Shown: piece by piece, positions 37,560-47,964 of the stretch
How the letters are laid out: the number at the start of each line of letters is the position of its first letter
How positions within the stretch are numbered: the stretch's first letter is position 1
From: an uncultured archaeon
GTDB lineage: Archaea > Thermoplasmatota > Penumbrarchaeia > JASLWR01
Reading direction: 5' to 3'
Assembly: GCA_964342815.1 (NCBI GenBank)
Contig: CAYFHS010000002.1
Coordinates: forward strand, 248,790 to 312,789
DNA length: 64,000 nt
Notes under the pieces: model-generated
Seen by the model: the letters and a program-made list of their open reading frames with translations, nothing else
The model's database searches: none
What the model was told of the DNA's origin: nothing
Translations under genes and position numbers: made by a program

Positions 37560-38285
37560 ATGAGTGCGCAAGTTCCGCCCGAAAAGACAATATCTCTCGA
37601 CGAGCTGCTGAGGATATTGGAGAATCCAACACGCAGGCAGATACTTGCCAAATTGACGAGGGAAAGGCATTACCCGCTTCAGTTATCGAAAGAACTGAAC
37701 GTCTCACAGCAGTCGATAATGAAACATATGAAAGTGCTTGAGGAATACGGTCTCGTGAAGAGTGAAATGCAGAGGAGTCCCGGGGGGCCGCCCAGAAAAC
37801 AATATGTCCCTGCTGCGCATTTCTCAATCGAGATATATCTATCCCCGGACACTTTCAGGGCGGAACTGCGGGATCAGTCCAAGCACTTGAGAACTCAGTT
37901 GCCCACTGTGTCCGATGCTGCGTCGAGGGATGTGGGTGAAAAGATCATACGCTTCGGTCATGAGCTGGAACGATGTATCAACACCCCGGATTCCCAAGAA
38001 TGCCTGAAACGAATATCGCAATTGATCAGGGTAATGAACCGCGAGATAGAAAAACGTGAGTCGCAGCGGGATATGCTGTTGAAACTGCGCTCTGTCGCAT
38101 TAAGGGTGGGGCGCGAGGTTATCGCCGAAATGGCGGACAGCTACACCACCCGGAAGATATTGTATTATTATATAGAAGAGGACGAAATGGATATTGATAC
38201 GCTCTCGGAAGAGATGGACATGAGAGTGAAAGTTATCGAGAAAGCCGTGAAAAAATTATTTCACGGCCTGTTTCAGGAGGATTGA
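37560..38285 (+). CDS. ArsR-family HTH regulator with coiled-coil C-terminus (archaeal heat-shock regulator-like)
   Basis: LENPTRRQILAKL, YPLQLSKELNVSQQSIMKHMKVLEE, GPPRKQY; first gene of the dnaK locus. Confidence 0.85.
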   Translation: MSAQVPPEKTISLDELLRILENPTRRQILAKLTRERHYPLQLSKELNVSQQSIMKHMKVLEEYGLVKSEMQRSPGGPPRKQYVPAAHFSIEIYLSPDTFRAELRDQSKHLRTQLPTVSDAASRDVGEKIIRFGHELERCINTPDSQECLKRISQLIRVMNREIEKRESQRDMLLKLRSVALRVGREVIAEMADSYTTRKILYYYIEEDEMDIDTLSEEMDMRVKVIEKAVKKLFHGLFQED

Positions 38286-38512
38286 AAATGCAGATATTCA
38301 ACCTGATAAGGACCATGGCGATCATGGAAAATATTCAGATGTGGGAGAAGGAGGGATTTGCGATCAATATCCTGTTCGAAGGAAACGCTTTTCCGTTTGA
38401 TGCATTTGCACCAATGAATGAAATGGAATCGACTGGACAAAAGTCACGAGAAAAATATGAGGAACCCAATGAAGAGGAGCTCGGAAAATGGCAAGGAACG
38501 AAAGAACAGTAA
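38282..38512 (+). CDS. small hypothetical protein
   Basis: overlaps the regulator stop codon (TTGA); no GrpE or Hsp20 motif. Confidence 0.45.
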   Translation: MKMQIFNLIRTMAIMENIQMWEKEGFAINILFEGNAFPFDAFAPMNEMESTGQKSREKYEEPNEEELGKWQGTKEQ

Positions 38513-38600
38513 TTGTACGAAATTCCTCCCGAGAAGGTGAAATGGAACAAGGAAAAAGCACAAAATCAATATCAGTAAATCAAAAAGGAAGTGATGAAAA

Positions 38601-40427
38601 ATGGGAAAAATAATTGGAATAGATCTTGGAACTACCAACTCCGCCGTTGCCGTCATGGAAGGCGGCGAGCCCACAGTAATTCCCAATGCGGAAGGGGCAA
38701 GGGTCACGCCATCAGTAGTGGCGGTGACCAAGAACGGGGACCGTTTGGTAGGGCAGATCGCGAAGAGACAGGCGATAACGAACCCCAAGAACACTGTTGC
38801 CTCCATAAAGAGGAAAATGGGGACAAAGTATCGGGTAAAGATGGGTGGCGAACAGTACACGCCACAGCAAATATCCGCAATGATCCTTCGAAAGCTGAAG
38901 GAAGATGCGGAGAACTATCTTGGTGAGAAAGTGGAGGAGGCCGTGATCACGGTCCCCGCTTATTTCCACGATTCCCAGCGACAAGCGACCAAGGATGCTG
39001 GAAAGGTTGCCGGTCTGAAGGTGCGTCGTATTATTAACGAGCCCACTGCTGCGGCACTTGCTTACGGTCTAGACAAGGAAAAAGAGATGCGCATACTGGT
39101 CTTCGACCTTGGTGGCGGAACCTTCGACGTTTCTATTCTTGAGATCGGAGAGGGCGTGTTCCAGGTAAAGTCCACAAGCGGGAACAATCTTCTTGGAGGA
39201 GATGATTTCGACAAGAAGATAATCGATTGGATGGCTCGGAAGTTCAAGAAAGAGAACGGCACCGATCTTCGCAAGGATCCAACCACCCTGCAGAGATTGA
39301 AAGACGCTGCAGAGAAGGCGAAGATCGAGCTATCGGGCGTACCCCAAACCAACATCAACATACCCTTCATTGCTCAGGTTGAAGGGGAGGCAAAGCATAT
39401 CGATTACAATCTTACTAGAGCCACCTTCAACAAACTGACCAGTGATCTCATCGACAAGACCATGGGTCCCACCAAGAGGGCAATGAAGGATGCCGGTTTC
39501 AAGCCGTCGGATATAGACAAGATCCTTCTGGTAGGCGGTTCCATACGTATACCTGCCGTGCAGGATGCTATAAAGAACTATCTCAAAAAGGAGCCCTCGC
39601 GAGAAATCAACCCCGACGAGTGTGTATCCGTAGGCGCGGCGATCCAGGCAGGTGTGCTGGGTGGAGAGGTAAAGGACCTTCTGCTTCTGGATGTAACGCC
39701 TCTATCTCTGGGCATCGAGACGCTTGGGAGTGTGATGACCAGAATAATCGAGAGGAATACCACCATACCGACATCGAAGAAGAAGATATTCTCCACTGCT
39801 GCGGACAGCCAGCCCGCGGTAGACATACACATCCTCCAGGGTGAGCGCCCCATGGCGCCGCAGAACAAGACGCTGGGCAAGTTCTCGCTGGTGGGAATCC
39901 CGCCGGCTCCCCGCGGGGTACCGCAGATAGAGGTGCAGTTCGACATAGATGTGAACGGTATACTTCACGTGTCGGCGAAGGACCTTGCCACTGGAAACGA
40001 GCAGGACGTGACCATCACAGCTACTGCCAGGTTGTCGGACAAAGAAATCGAAAAGATGCAGGGCGAAGCGGATACCCATGCCGAGGAGGACCAGAAAAAG
40101 CTGAAGCTCATCGAGGCGAAGAACAAGGCGGATACACTGGTTTATTCCACGGAAAAGGCAATGAAGGAGCACAAGGACAAGCTTGATGAAAGCAAGATCG
40201 ACGACGTGACGGATGCTATCAAGAAGGTGAAAAAGGCCATGGAGGGCGACGACGCTGACGAGATAGATAAAGAATGCGAGGAACTCATGGAGATATCGCA
40301 GCAGTTGTTCGCGGCCATGTACCAGGGGGTTGGGGATCAGGGGGACCACACCGGTTTCGAGGGAGCCTCAGACGGTGGGGATGCGGACGAAGACGTTGTG
40401 GATGTGGACTACGACGATATGGACTGA
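38601..40427 (+). CDS. dnaK: chaperone DnaK (Hsp70)
   Basis: [48 protein letters not shown]. Confidence 0.99.
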   Translation: MGKIIGIDLGTTNSAVAVMEGGEPTVIPNAEGARVTPSVVAVTKNGDRLVGQIAKRQAITNPKNTVASIKRKMGTKYRVKMGGEQYTPQQISAMILRKLKEDAENYLGEKVEEAVITVPAYFHDSQRQATKDAGKVAGLKVRRIINEPTAAALAYGLDKEKEMRILVFDLGGGTFDVSILEIGEGVFQVKSTSGNNLLGGDDFDKKIIDWMARKFKKENGTDLRKDPTTLQRLKDAAEKAKIELSGVPQTNINIPFIAQVEGEAKHIDYNLTRATFNKLTSDLIDKTMGPTKRAMKDAGFKPSDIDKILLVGGSIRIPAVQDAIKNYLKKEPSREINPDECVSVGAAIQAGVLGGEVKDLLLLDVTPLSLGIETLGSVMTRIIERNTTIPTSKKKIFSTAADSQPAVDIHILQGERPMAPQNKTLGKFSLVGIPPAPRGVPQIEVQFDIDVNGILHVSAKDLATGNEQDVTITATARLSDKEIEKMQGEADTHAEEDQKKLKLIEAKNKADTLVYSTEKAMKEHKDKLDESKIDDVTDAIKKVKKAMEGDDADEIDKECEELMEISQQLFAAMYQGVGDQGDHTGFEGASDGGDADEDVVDVDYDDMD

Positions 40428-40528
40428 TCTTTTGATATGGGGGGCTGTTCATCCCCCCCTATCTTCTTTTCGATCTTGTCCATAATCGCCATTGATTTTT
40501 CCCCCATGGATGATATGAGGTTCGACCC

Positions 40529-41623
40529 ATGGCGCAGAGGGATTATTACGAAGTACTTGGTCTCAAAAAGGACGCTTCCAAAGAAGAGATTACCAAGGAG
40601 TATCGAAAACGGGCCTTGAAGTACCACCCCGACCGAAACCCGGACGATAAGAAGGCTGAGGAAAAGTTCAAGGAGGCCACGGAGGCTTACGAGGTTCTCT
40701 CGGACGCTGACAAGAAGGCCCAATACGACGAGTTTGGTCACGATGCCCAGGATCTCGGCAGCAGGGGTTTCCGGTATTCTTCTGGCTTTGACATCAACGA
40801 CGCAATGAACATATTCATGCGGGATTTCGGTGGAAGAGGAGGAGGTTCCGACAACGATATCTTTTCAATGTTCGGTGGCATGGGCCGAAGCCGCTCCCAA
40901 AGAGGCGAGAATCTGGAATATACAGTGTCCATTCCCTTGAAAAAGGCATACGAGGGGGGCAAGGTCAGCATAACCGTTCCGAGGACCGTGGGCTGTAAAG
41001 CCTGCACCGGAACAGGTGCCGAGGGCGGGAAACTAAAGACCTGTCCGCAGTGCAAGGGCAGCGGCAGAATACAGAGCGGCCGATCGGGCGGTATGGGCCA
41101 GATGTTCATGAGCATAGGCGCTTGCCCGTCCTGCGGGGGGAGGGGGAATACTGCTGATAAACCATGTAAGCGCTGCGGCGGCCAGGGGAGCATGTCGGAA
41201 AAGAGCAGTATCAGCGTTGACGTCCCCAGAGGCATCATGTCCGGGAAGAAGATGCGGCTGCGCGGTAAAGGAAATGCAGGGGGTCCGGGAGTGCCCCCCG
41301 GGGATCTCTATCTCCGGGTCGAGGTGATGGAGGACGGAAAGTTCAAGCGGGAAGGGGATGACCTTTACCTTACCGTAGCAATCCCTTTTTACAAGGCGAT
41401 ACTGGGGGCCGAGATCGAGGTTCGGACTATGGAGGGACGGTCCAGGGTGAAAGTGCCTCCTGGAATTCAACCGGGAGCAAAGCTCAGGCTGAAAGGTAAA
41501 GGAATGCCGAGAATGAAAGGTAACGGATCGGGGAATCTATATGTCGTTATAGCTGTGAAGATACCAAAACGATTATCGGAAAAGCAGAGGGAACTTATAG
41601 CTGAATTTGAAAAATCGGAATAA
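40529..41623 (+). CDS. dnaJ: chaperone DnaJ
   Basis: J-domain with HPD, G/F-rich region, four CxxCxGxG repeats. Confidence 0.98.
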   Translation: MAQRDYYEVLGLKKDASKEEITKEYRKRALKYHPDRNPDDKKAEEKFKEATEAYEVLSDADKKAQYDEFGHDAQDLGSRGFRYSSGFDINDAMNIFMRDFGGRGGGSDNDIFSMFGGMGRSRSQRGENLEYTVSIPLKKAYEGGKVSITVPRTVGCKACTGTGAEGGKLKTCPQCKGSGRIQSGRSGGMGQMFMSIGACPSCGGRGNTADKPCKRCGGQGSMSEKSSISVDVPRGIMSGKKMRLRGKGNAGGPGVPPGDLYLRVEVMEDGKFKREGDDLYLTVAIPFYKAILGAEIEVRTMEGRSRVKVPPGIQPGAKLRLKGKGMPRMKGNGSGNLYVVIAVKIPKRLSEKQRELIAEFEKSE

Positions 41624-41626
41624 AAC

Positions 41627-42010
41627 TCATATCAACTTTTTCAGGTCCTCCATGTTTTCTTCGTAGGCCCCGATGACGATTTCCGTTGCCCCGAAGAATT
41701 CTGAGAAATCAAGGTCCTTCAATAAACGTTCATATCCAACGAATACGGCCCTGTCCTCGTTGAGTCCCCATTTGGCCATTAATGAAGTGTTGTTCAAGCG
41801 CAGGAGATGCTCGAATATACCGCACAGGTCTCCTCCAGATATTTTCAATCCCTCGCATCTGAAGCTTATTGAGGATTCCTTAAGAATTATATAGAGGTCA
41901 ATGATCTTTTTCTTGCCGGGGATCTTCACCTTGAAACCGTTCGTGTACTGGGTAATGTCCTCGTATTTCGCTTTTTTAATGAATTTCTTGATCTTTGTCA
42001 TATCCGTCAT
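41627..42010 (-). CDS. YbjN/type-III-secretion-chaperone-like fold protein
   Basis: LLRLNNTSLMAKWGLNEDRAV..LKDLDFSEF pattern. Confidence 0.6.
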   Translation of the reverse strand: MTDMTKIKKFIKKAKYEDITQYTNGFKVKIPGKKKIIDLYIILKESSISFRCEGLKISGGDLCGIFEHLLRLNNTSLMAKWGLNEDRAVFVGYERLLKDLDFSEFFGATEIVIGAYEENMEDLKKLI

Positions 42011-42227
42011 ATGAAAATCCTCCCGGATGGGTGCGAAAATACAATGATGATATATTATGGTTTTGCCCTGCTAAGGGGTCAAATATGCCCCGGAGGAAAA
42101 ATATGTAAAACAAATTTTTGACAAACTATTTTCCCCTCGAATAGAATGAATTAGTTCCGTCCACAATTATTATTCAATTCCCCATTATTGTATTATAGTC
42201 CTACTATTTACATTTGGGAAGAGTTCA

Positions 42228-43055
42228 TTGGAAAGTTATTTATTGTACAATGTATTGTCAAATATGATGTCAGCTTTCGGTTCAAAAGAGAATGATGATT
42301 CTTTAAGGGTAACAAAGTTGGATCTTGTTCTTAAAACAATTATGCTTCTGACCATTTTCATCTTCATAACATTGTACCTTTTATTCTTCGACTTCTCATG
42401 GCAGTATTCATGGGTGGTCTTTAACCTGGGGGTGGGGTATATGATCCTTACAAATGGAAAACGAAGGAATTATTATCTTCGTTTCTTCAAGGGCTTTCTG
42501 GAAATAAAGGTGTGGGCCTATGCTGCTCTCAATATATTTCTTGTAGTGGGGACAATGGTCCTGTTCTTTTTCATAAGCAGCGGCTCAACAGGTGGGGGAA
42601 GTGACGGAGGCGGTGGCAACCCCTTTGTTTCAAATCCACTTTTTCTACTTTTCCTCATTCCCATCGTCCCCATCTTTGCCGATGCTGAAACCAGAATCTT
42701 CCAGGGACTTATAATAAAAAAGATAATGGGTCGATATCTGACCTCCTGCAAGAGCTGTCAGAAGAAAGCGCTTGCTCTTGAAAAATGTGATCTGTGCGGA
42801 AATGACACCGGTGTCTCTAAGGTCCGGGAGCTGTCCCACCTTTATCTCTCAAAGGTCGCTGTTTTTGTTTCAGCTTTCGTATTCGCTCTGGTACATGTGA
42901 TCCTCACCTGGAATGTAGGCACATTCATCCTCATAGTCGGTGGTTATCTTCTCGGCCACCTGTACATAAAGGAGGGTGCGGTAATGGTGGCAAAGGTGCA
43001 CATGATTTATAATTACATTTTACTTTTCATATTAATAATCTCTATGTTTATGTGA
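42228..43055 (+). CDS. CPBP (Abi/CAAX type II) intramembrane protease-like protein with inserted Zn ribbon
   Basis: FALVH and HMIYN motifs; motif 1 degenerate (AETRIFQG); CKSC..CDLC insert. Confidence 0.75.
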   Translation: MESYLLYNVLSNMMSAFGSKENDDSLRVTKLDLVLKTIMLLTIFIFITLYLLFFDFSWQYSWVVFNLGVGYMILTNGKRRNYYLRFFKGFLEIKVWAYAALNIFLVVGTMVLFFFISSGSTGGGSDGGGGNPFVSNPLFLLFLIPIVPIFADAETRIFQGLIIKKIMGRYLTSCKSCQKKALALEKCDLCGNDTGVSKVRELSHLYLSKVAVFVSAFVFALVHVILTWNVGTFILIVGGYLLGHLYIKEGAVMVAKVHMIYNYILLFILIISMFM

Positions 43056-43065
43056 GGTAGTATTA

Positions 43066-46000
43066 ATGGCTCGAAAGTATGTTTTCCCGGCGGTGGCCCT
43101 GCTTCTGGTGGTACTCACCGGAGCAACCATTCGGGATGCACTTGATCTTGAGGTCTATAATCCCGGTTATGGGATGTCGGCCGTGTTTGTCAATGGAACC
43201 ACCCATGTTCTGGCCCAGGATTTTGTCAACATGAAATCAGACCTACGGTATTTTGAAATAGACCCCGAGGGAAAACTGGTGGAAAATCGGATAGTGTACG
43301 AAGGAGAGGACGATTCCATTTCGCCTAAATTGACCGTATATGACGGCAGTCCATATTCAGCCTGGCTTATTGTGGAACCGGGGGAATCACAGGGGAAAAT
43401 ACAGTTCTCCGGTCTCAAAAGTCGTGGGCTTGATCCAGTATTGCTGGATGGTGACAACTGCAGGAGACTGCATATGGAAGCTGCTGCAAATATTGTACTG
43501 GTGTATCACAGGGAAAAAGATATTTATGCAATTTCGGGGAAACCAAGTGATATTCTGGCAAAAAAAACATCTCCGGTCTTACTTTACAGCTCTGAAGGGG
43601 AAATCACCGCACTGGATTTTGCTGCCCACGGTAGCAGCATTTCTGTTTTCTGGTCGGAAAGGTCCGCTGGGTCGGAGTTAAATCAAACCCGCATCATGAT
43701 GCTGAACAGGAACCTGTCCAACCCGGATGATCTGTCCCAGCCAGAGGAATTACTAAACAGCGCTCGGGAAATAAATTCAATGAAATGCGATGCTAGCTCA
43801 GAGAGGTTCTGCTTAAGCTATGCTGAGTATATTTCCGGAGATGAGGAATTTTCCAGCATCCAGCTCTGGGCATTGGAGTCCTCCCTTTTTGGAAATTTCA
43901 GCTCCCCGGTGAAAATAGGTTCAGGGAAGAGCGCTTCCATTCCACGTTTTGTCAATTATGATGGAAATCAAGCCTGGATTGTATGGTCGGATAATGAAGT
44001 TTACAGAAGAATGCTGGATGAGGGGGAAAGAGGTGAAGACCTGAGTCGAAGGAATTTTGAGATTTATTCGTGCAGCATTGTAAACGAGAGCAGTTCCGTC
44101 CCGGTAATGCTGACCTCTGCAGACTCCGAGCGAAGTATAGGTGTTGTCCTTGTTACTAATAATGATCGAACCATTATATGGATGGACCTGGCGGACGGCT
44201 ATAACCTGTATATGAGCCCGTGGCACGGGGCTGCAATCGGAAAATCCACCGATCTGACCGGAAATGAAACACCCGGTATAGGTTCTATGATGGCAATGTT
44301 GATGATTCCCCTGATAATCGGCATGGTTGCCGTCTTCGTATGGAAGTTCAGGGCACAGAAAAAAGCCCAGGTAAAGGGTCCCGAAGAGCTGAGGAAAACA
44401 GTAGAGCTGGAGTTTGTAAAGTTCGTTGACCTGAGAAGCTATGTCTTTCTCAAATGGTTCTTCTTAATCGCCGGCGGGACCTTTATGATTCTGTTCATGG
44501 TTCTTGGAATAATGTCTGATGAATATTTGGAACCCGGGTTCCGCATATTTCCCCTCGGCATATTCCTCAATCTCATGGCTTTAATAATGGGAGCTTCCGT
44601 ATTGTACAAACTGAGCGATGAAAAGGATGTTAGTCAATATCACAGGATCGGCATATACCTCACGTTGGGGGCGTTGGTACTTGCTGCAGTAGGCGTAGGG
44701 GCATTCGGTGCCGTTCAGTATCTAGGGTGGAAACCGATAGGTGCTGCTACCTTTTCAATTCACGTAAGTTCCATCCTTTCTTTTTCCCTGGCAATGGCAG
44801 GCCCCAGCGTAATTATTGCAGGGGCTACAGGGAGAAAAGGTCCTCTCTTAGCAGCGGTAGCCTATGTGATGGTACCCATCAATCTGATTTACGGATTGTG
44901 GCAATATTCCGAGAATTCTTTCTTTCCCTATATCAGGTGCCCGGCTTATTATCTGAGCTCTACAAATCTGATGCCGATTATGGTAATCACAATGATGGTG
45001 TCCATCTTTTTCACCATGATGCTGATCAAGTCACTTGGCCGGGAAAAGGTAAAGAAGCTCAAGGATTGGACGGCAGATGACCTGAGTATTCTGAGACGGA
45101 ACGCCCTTATCTTTGTGGGGTTGATGACAGTTATGTTTTTAGGATTGGAGATTTTTATGTTCTGGGACTTAGGTTTTCAATTTGAGATAGATACCACCAT
45201 GTTGGTCTTTGGTGCCCTTTTCGTAGTTATGACCCTGATGTTGCACAAGATGATGACCATAAGAATGACCCCGGAACAGGCAAAAAAGGCCATGGCCGAC
45301 TCGCCTTCAAATTTTATTTTTGGGGGTTATGCAATGCCTCTAATTACACTGATAATGTCGTTTGTGTGCGGTATGCTCTTTGGCATTATCGGAGGATTGA
45401 TCTTTGTGGGATTTTTTTTCTATCAGGAATACTCTTTTGATCGTTTTTTAAGACAAAAAGGATTTGAATATATAAAGCAAGCTCCAAAGGTCATTGAGGA
45501 TATCAAGAAGGAGGATAAGGCGGATAGGATAATAATCGACAAGGGGAGGCGGTTTACCAGAGTCCAGGTGGCGAAGTATATAAACAGGAACGAGAGGATG
45601 ATCCTCACATTGCATGGAATACTGTATATCGTAACGGCGTTGATGGCAAGCGGAGGCCTGAAACATCCAGCGGCCGATGGAATTGGCGGAATCATCCGGC
45701 TGGTTTTGGTTTCGGCAGGCCTTCTCATTCAAACGGGTCTGGTAATTTATCTGCTCGTAAACTTTCGAAGAATTGGCCAGGCTCGATCCTTGACCGAACT
45801 TATTCAGTACAATGGTAAAACCGGTATGGAGGTGATGGGATACGTGGTGATATTCTTTTTAACCTTACTGGGAATGGACAAGATCGGTTTTATTTCCATC
45901 TCTTCTCTGGTAATTCTCGGTGGGGTCATTACTCTTATGAGCATTTACAAAGTGAAGAAAAAGAACGTTTCTCTTCCTAATGGGGCATATCTGGTCAAGG

Positions 46001-47466
46001 GCCCCCATGCTCTGGGACTCAAGAGGTATGTGGATTCCCGCGAAGCCGCAAAAAAGGCCAGGGAAAAGGGTATAGTGTCTCTTATCGGAGATGAGGTCAT
46101 TCCGGTTCATTCCTCCAGGGATAGCGGAAAAACACGGCTCGATGGGTCTGACTCCTCTTCTGAAACCCCTCCGGCAGATACGGAAAAACCTCGAAAGATA
46201 GGGGAGGGGGAGCATGGAGCGGTACTGTGCCAGGAACCCAGCGACATGTTTGAAAAGAGGAAAAAGCAGTCCCTTTATGTGGCAATATTTATTATGGCAA
46301 TGCCCTTTATTTTCGGGGGAATTCTCGGCTTTCAGCTGTCCATTATGGTTGAGAGCATCAACAAGACTGTGTTGTGTATCGCCCCCTCATTGATCCTTGT
46401 TCCCATATTTCTGGGGCTCGGCGTCACCATGGTGAAGAGACGAGAAAAACTGAAGCCCATAACATTTCACGATTACGGGATCTCTTTATCAAATCTCCTG
46501 GGCAAAGAGATGTTCATCCCATACGGTTTTATAGAAAAATTCAATATCTCCGCAGGACCGAAGGGTAGAATTTTCCAGGGGGTCCAGAAAGGATATCCCC
46601 TGAATATACTCGTATGGCCCGAGCTGGAGGCCCTCATACCTTCGCTGGAGAAACGCTTTGGGAATCCCGACTATATACCTACAGCCAAAAAGGCACCCGT
46701 TTCACATAGAGGAAAGGAAACCTTTGTCTATATATGCTCCCTCCCGTTGGGTTTTCTATTTTCAGCTCTGATAGCCGTACAAGGAGATATGGATAATTTT
46801 TGGCCCAACGCTCTGGGAATGATGCCGCTGGGTGTTTCCATTTCCCTTGTCCTGTCCACCAGGGTCGCTGGCCTGATCCTTAAGAACAGGCAGTACAAAC
46901 CTGACCCCAGACCGTTCTTTGCGGTTCTAGTGGTGGGTTTGGTGCTGGGGATCCCGGCCTGGTTCATCATTCCACCGGGCAACTTCATAATGTCGAATAA
47001 TGATGAGCACCAAATGGAAATGGATGACTTTCTTTCATCCATGACAAGTACCGGATTGATCAACGATACTGAATTATTACTTGAAGATAGTCTGGTGGTT
47101 GATGATGAACTGTCCATGGTGAATGTTACGCTTGAGCTGCAGTGCACAGTTGGCGGTCAATATGCCGTCTATGTGGGTGAGAACGCAAGGTTGACGCTGA
47201 TCAATTGTACTGTAAAGGGCCGGAGTCGAGATCTGGGTGCCGCCTTTGAGGTACACGGGGAACTGGAAGCCACTGATACTACCTTTTATTGGATCTTCGG
47301 GACCACCGATCAAACAAATGGCCAGGGAGGCATCGAGTTTTACAGCTCATATGGGAATTTCCAAAGCTGCACATTCCGGGATATGCTGACCAATGCTGTT
47401 ATGGAGTTCGATTCGGAAATTTTCTTTAACGACTGTGTTTTTGAGAATGTGGTGACGAATGCGTAG
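43066..47466 (+). CDS. very large polytopic membrane protein (N-terminal propeller-like ectodomain, many TMs, start of C-terminal beta-helix); 5' part of a frameshifted gene
   Basis: signal peptide; many hydrophobic helices; ends mid beta-helix repeat at VTNA-stop. Confidence 0.8.
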   Translation: MARKYVFPAVALLLVVLTGATIRDALDLEVYNPGYGMSAVFVNGTTHVLAQDFVNMKSDLRYFEIDPEGKLVENRIVYEGEDDSISPKLTVYDGSPYSAWLIVEPGESQGKIQFSGLKSRGLDPVLLDGDNCRRLHMEAAANIVLVYHREKDIYAISGKPSDILAKKTSPVLLYSSEGEITALDFAAHGSSISVFWSERSAGSELNQTRIMMLNRNLSNPDDLSQPEELLNSAREINSMKCDASSERFCLSYAEYISGDEEFSSIQLWALESSLFGNFSSPVKIGSGKSASIPRFVNYDGNQAWIVWSDNEVYRRMLDEGERGEDLSRRNFEIYSCSIVNESSSVPVMLTSADSERSIGVVLVTNNDRTIIWMDLADGYNLYMSPWHGAAIGKSTDLTGNETPGIGSMMAMLMIPLIIGMVAVFVWKFRAQKKAQVKGPEELRKTVELEFVKFVDLRSYVFLKWFFLIAGGTFMILFMVLGIMSDEYLEPGFRIFPLGIFLNLMALIMGASVLYKLSDEKDVSQYHRIGIYLTLGALVLAAVGVGAFGAVQYLGWKPIGAATFSIHVSSILSFSLAMAGPSVIIAGATGRKGPLLAAVAYVMVPINLIYGLWQYSENSFFPYIRCPAYYLSSTNLMPIMVITMMVSIFFTMMLIKSLGREKVKKLKDWTADDLSILRRNALIFVGLMTVMFLGLEIFMFWDLGFQFEIDTTMLVFGALFVVMTLMLHKMMTIRMTPEQAKKAMADSPSNFIFGGYAMPLITLIMSFVCGMLFGIIGGLIFVGFFFYQEYSFDRFLRQKGFEYIKQAPKVIEDIKKEDKADRIIIDKGRRFTRVQVAKYINRNERMILTLHGILYIVTALMASGGLKHPAADGIGGIIRLVLVSAGLLIQTGLVIYLLVNFRRIGQARSLTELIQYNGKTGMEVMGYVVIFFLTLLGMDKIGFISISSLVILGGVITLMSIYKVKKKNVSLPNGAYLVKGPHALGLKRYVDSREAAKKAREKGIVSLIGDEVIPVHSSRDSGKTRLDGSDSSSETPPADTEKPRKIGEGEHGAVLCQEPSDMFEKRKKQSLYVAIFIMAMPFIFGGILGFQLSIMVESINKTVLCIAPSLILVPIFLGLGVTMVKRREKLKPITFHDYGISLSNLLGKEMFIPYGFIEKFNISAGPKGRIFQGVQKGYPLNILVWPELEALIPSLEKRFGNPDYIPTAKKAPVSHRGKETFVYICSLPLGFLFSALIAVQGDMDNFWPNALGMMPLGVSISLVLSTRVAGLILKNRQYKPDPRPFFAVLVVGLVLGIPAWFIIPPGNFIMSNNDEHQMEMDDFLSSMTSTGLINDTELLLEDSLVVDDELSMVNVTLELQCTVGGQYAVYVGENARLTLINCTVKGRSRDLGAAFEVHGELEATDTTFYWIFGTTDQTNGQGGIEFYSSYGNFQSCTFRDMLTNAVMEFDSEIFFNDCVFENVVTNA

Positions 47467-47468
47467 AG

Positions 47469-47843
47469 ATGAACGGCGGCAGGGTGGAATTGGTCAATTG
47501 TACTCTGGAGAACAGCGATTTTAGCCTGGGATGTTTCAATGGAGCAAGATTAATAGTGGATTCCTGTACATTCATCCGGTGTAATAATGCCTGCTGGAGT
47601 GCTGGCGGAGGAAATGATCTGAAAATTACAGGCTCAACATTTAGAGACTGTGAGGTCGCAGTTCGCACCAAGATAGGTGATGATCTGATAACTGAGGGCC
47701 TGGTCTTTGAAAACTGCGGTATCGAGATAGATACCAATGTTTTGAACTTCAGCAATTATCTTTGCGGGGGCTTGCTCATATTTAGCGTTCTTGTGCCCGT
47801 ACTTGTTTACTTCGTGAAAAAGAAACGGGGAAAAGACTATTGA
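47469..47843 (+). CDS. beta-helix repeats plus C-terminal TM; 3' part of the frameshifted gene
   Basis: continues the same repeat (LVNCTLEN, VDSCTFIRC, ITGSTFRDC); ends in a TM followed by KKKRGK. Confidence 0.7.
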   Translation: MNGGRVELVNCTLENSDFSLGCFNGARLIVDSCTFIRCNNACWSAGGGNDLKITGSTFRDCEVAVRTKIGDDLITEGLVFENCGIEIDTNVLNFSNYLCGGLLIFSVLVPVLVYFVKKKRGKDY

Positions 47844-47964
47844 GCGGGCAATGGTGCCAGCTGAATATCGGAGAAGCTCGGATGATCAAAATCAAAGCAA
47901 ATTAATTATTATATAACGCCGTTATATGTTTATAATTGTTTGACCCAGTAACAGGGCGAAATAC

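Noticed and set aside
47464-47466. TAG read-through (pyrrolysine) joining the two ORFs
   Set aside because: The downstream ORF is in a different frame; a 1-nt deletion explains the split
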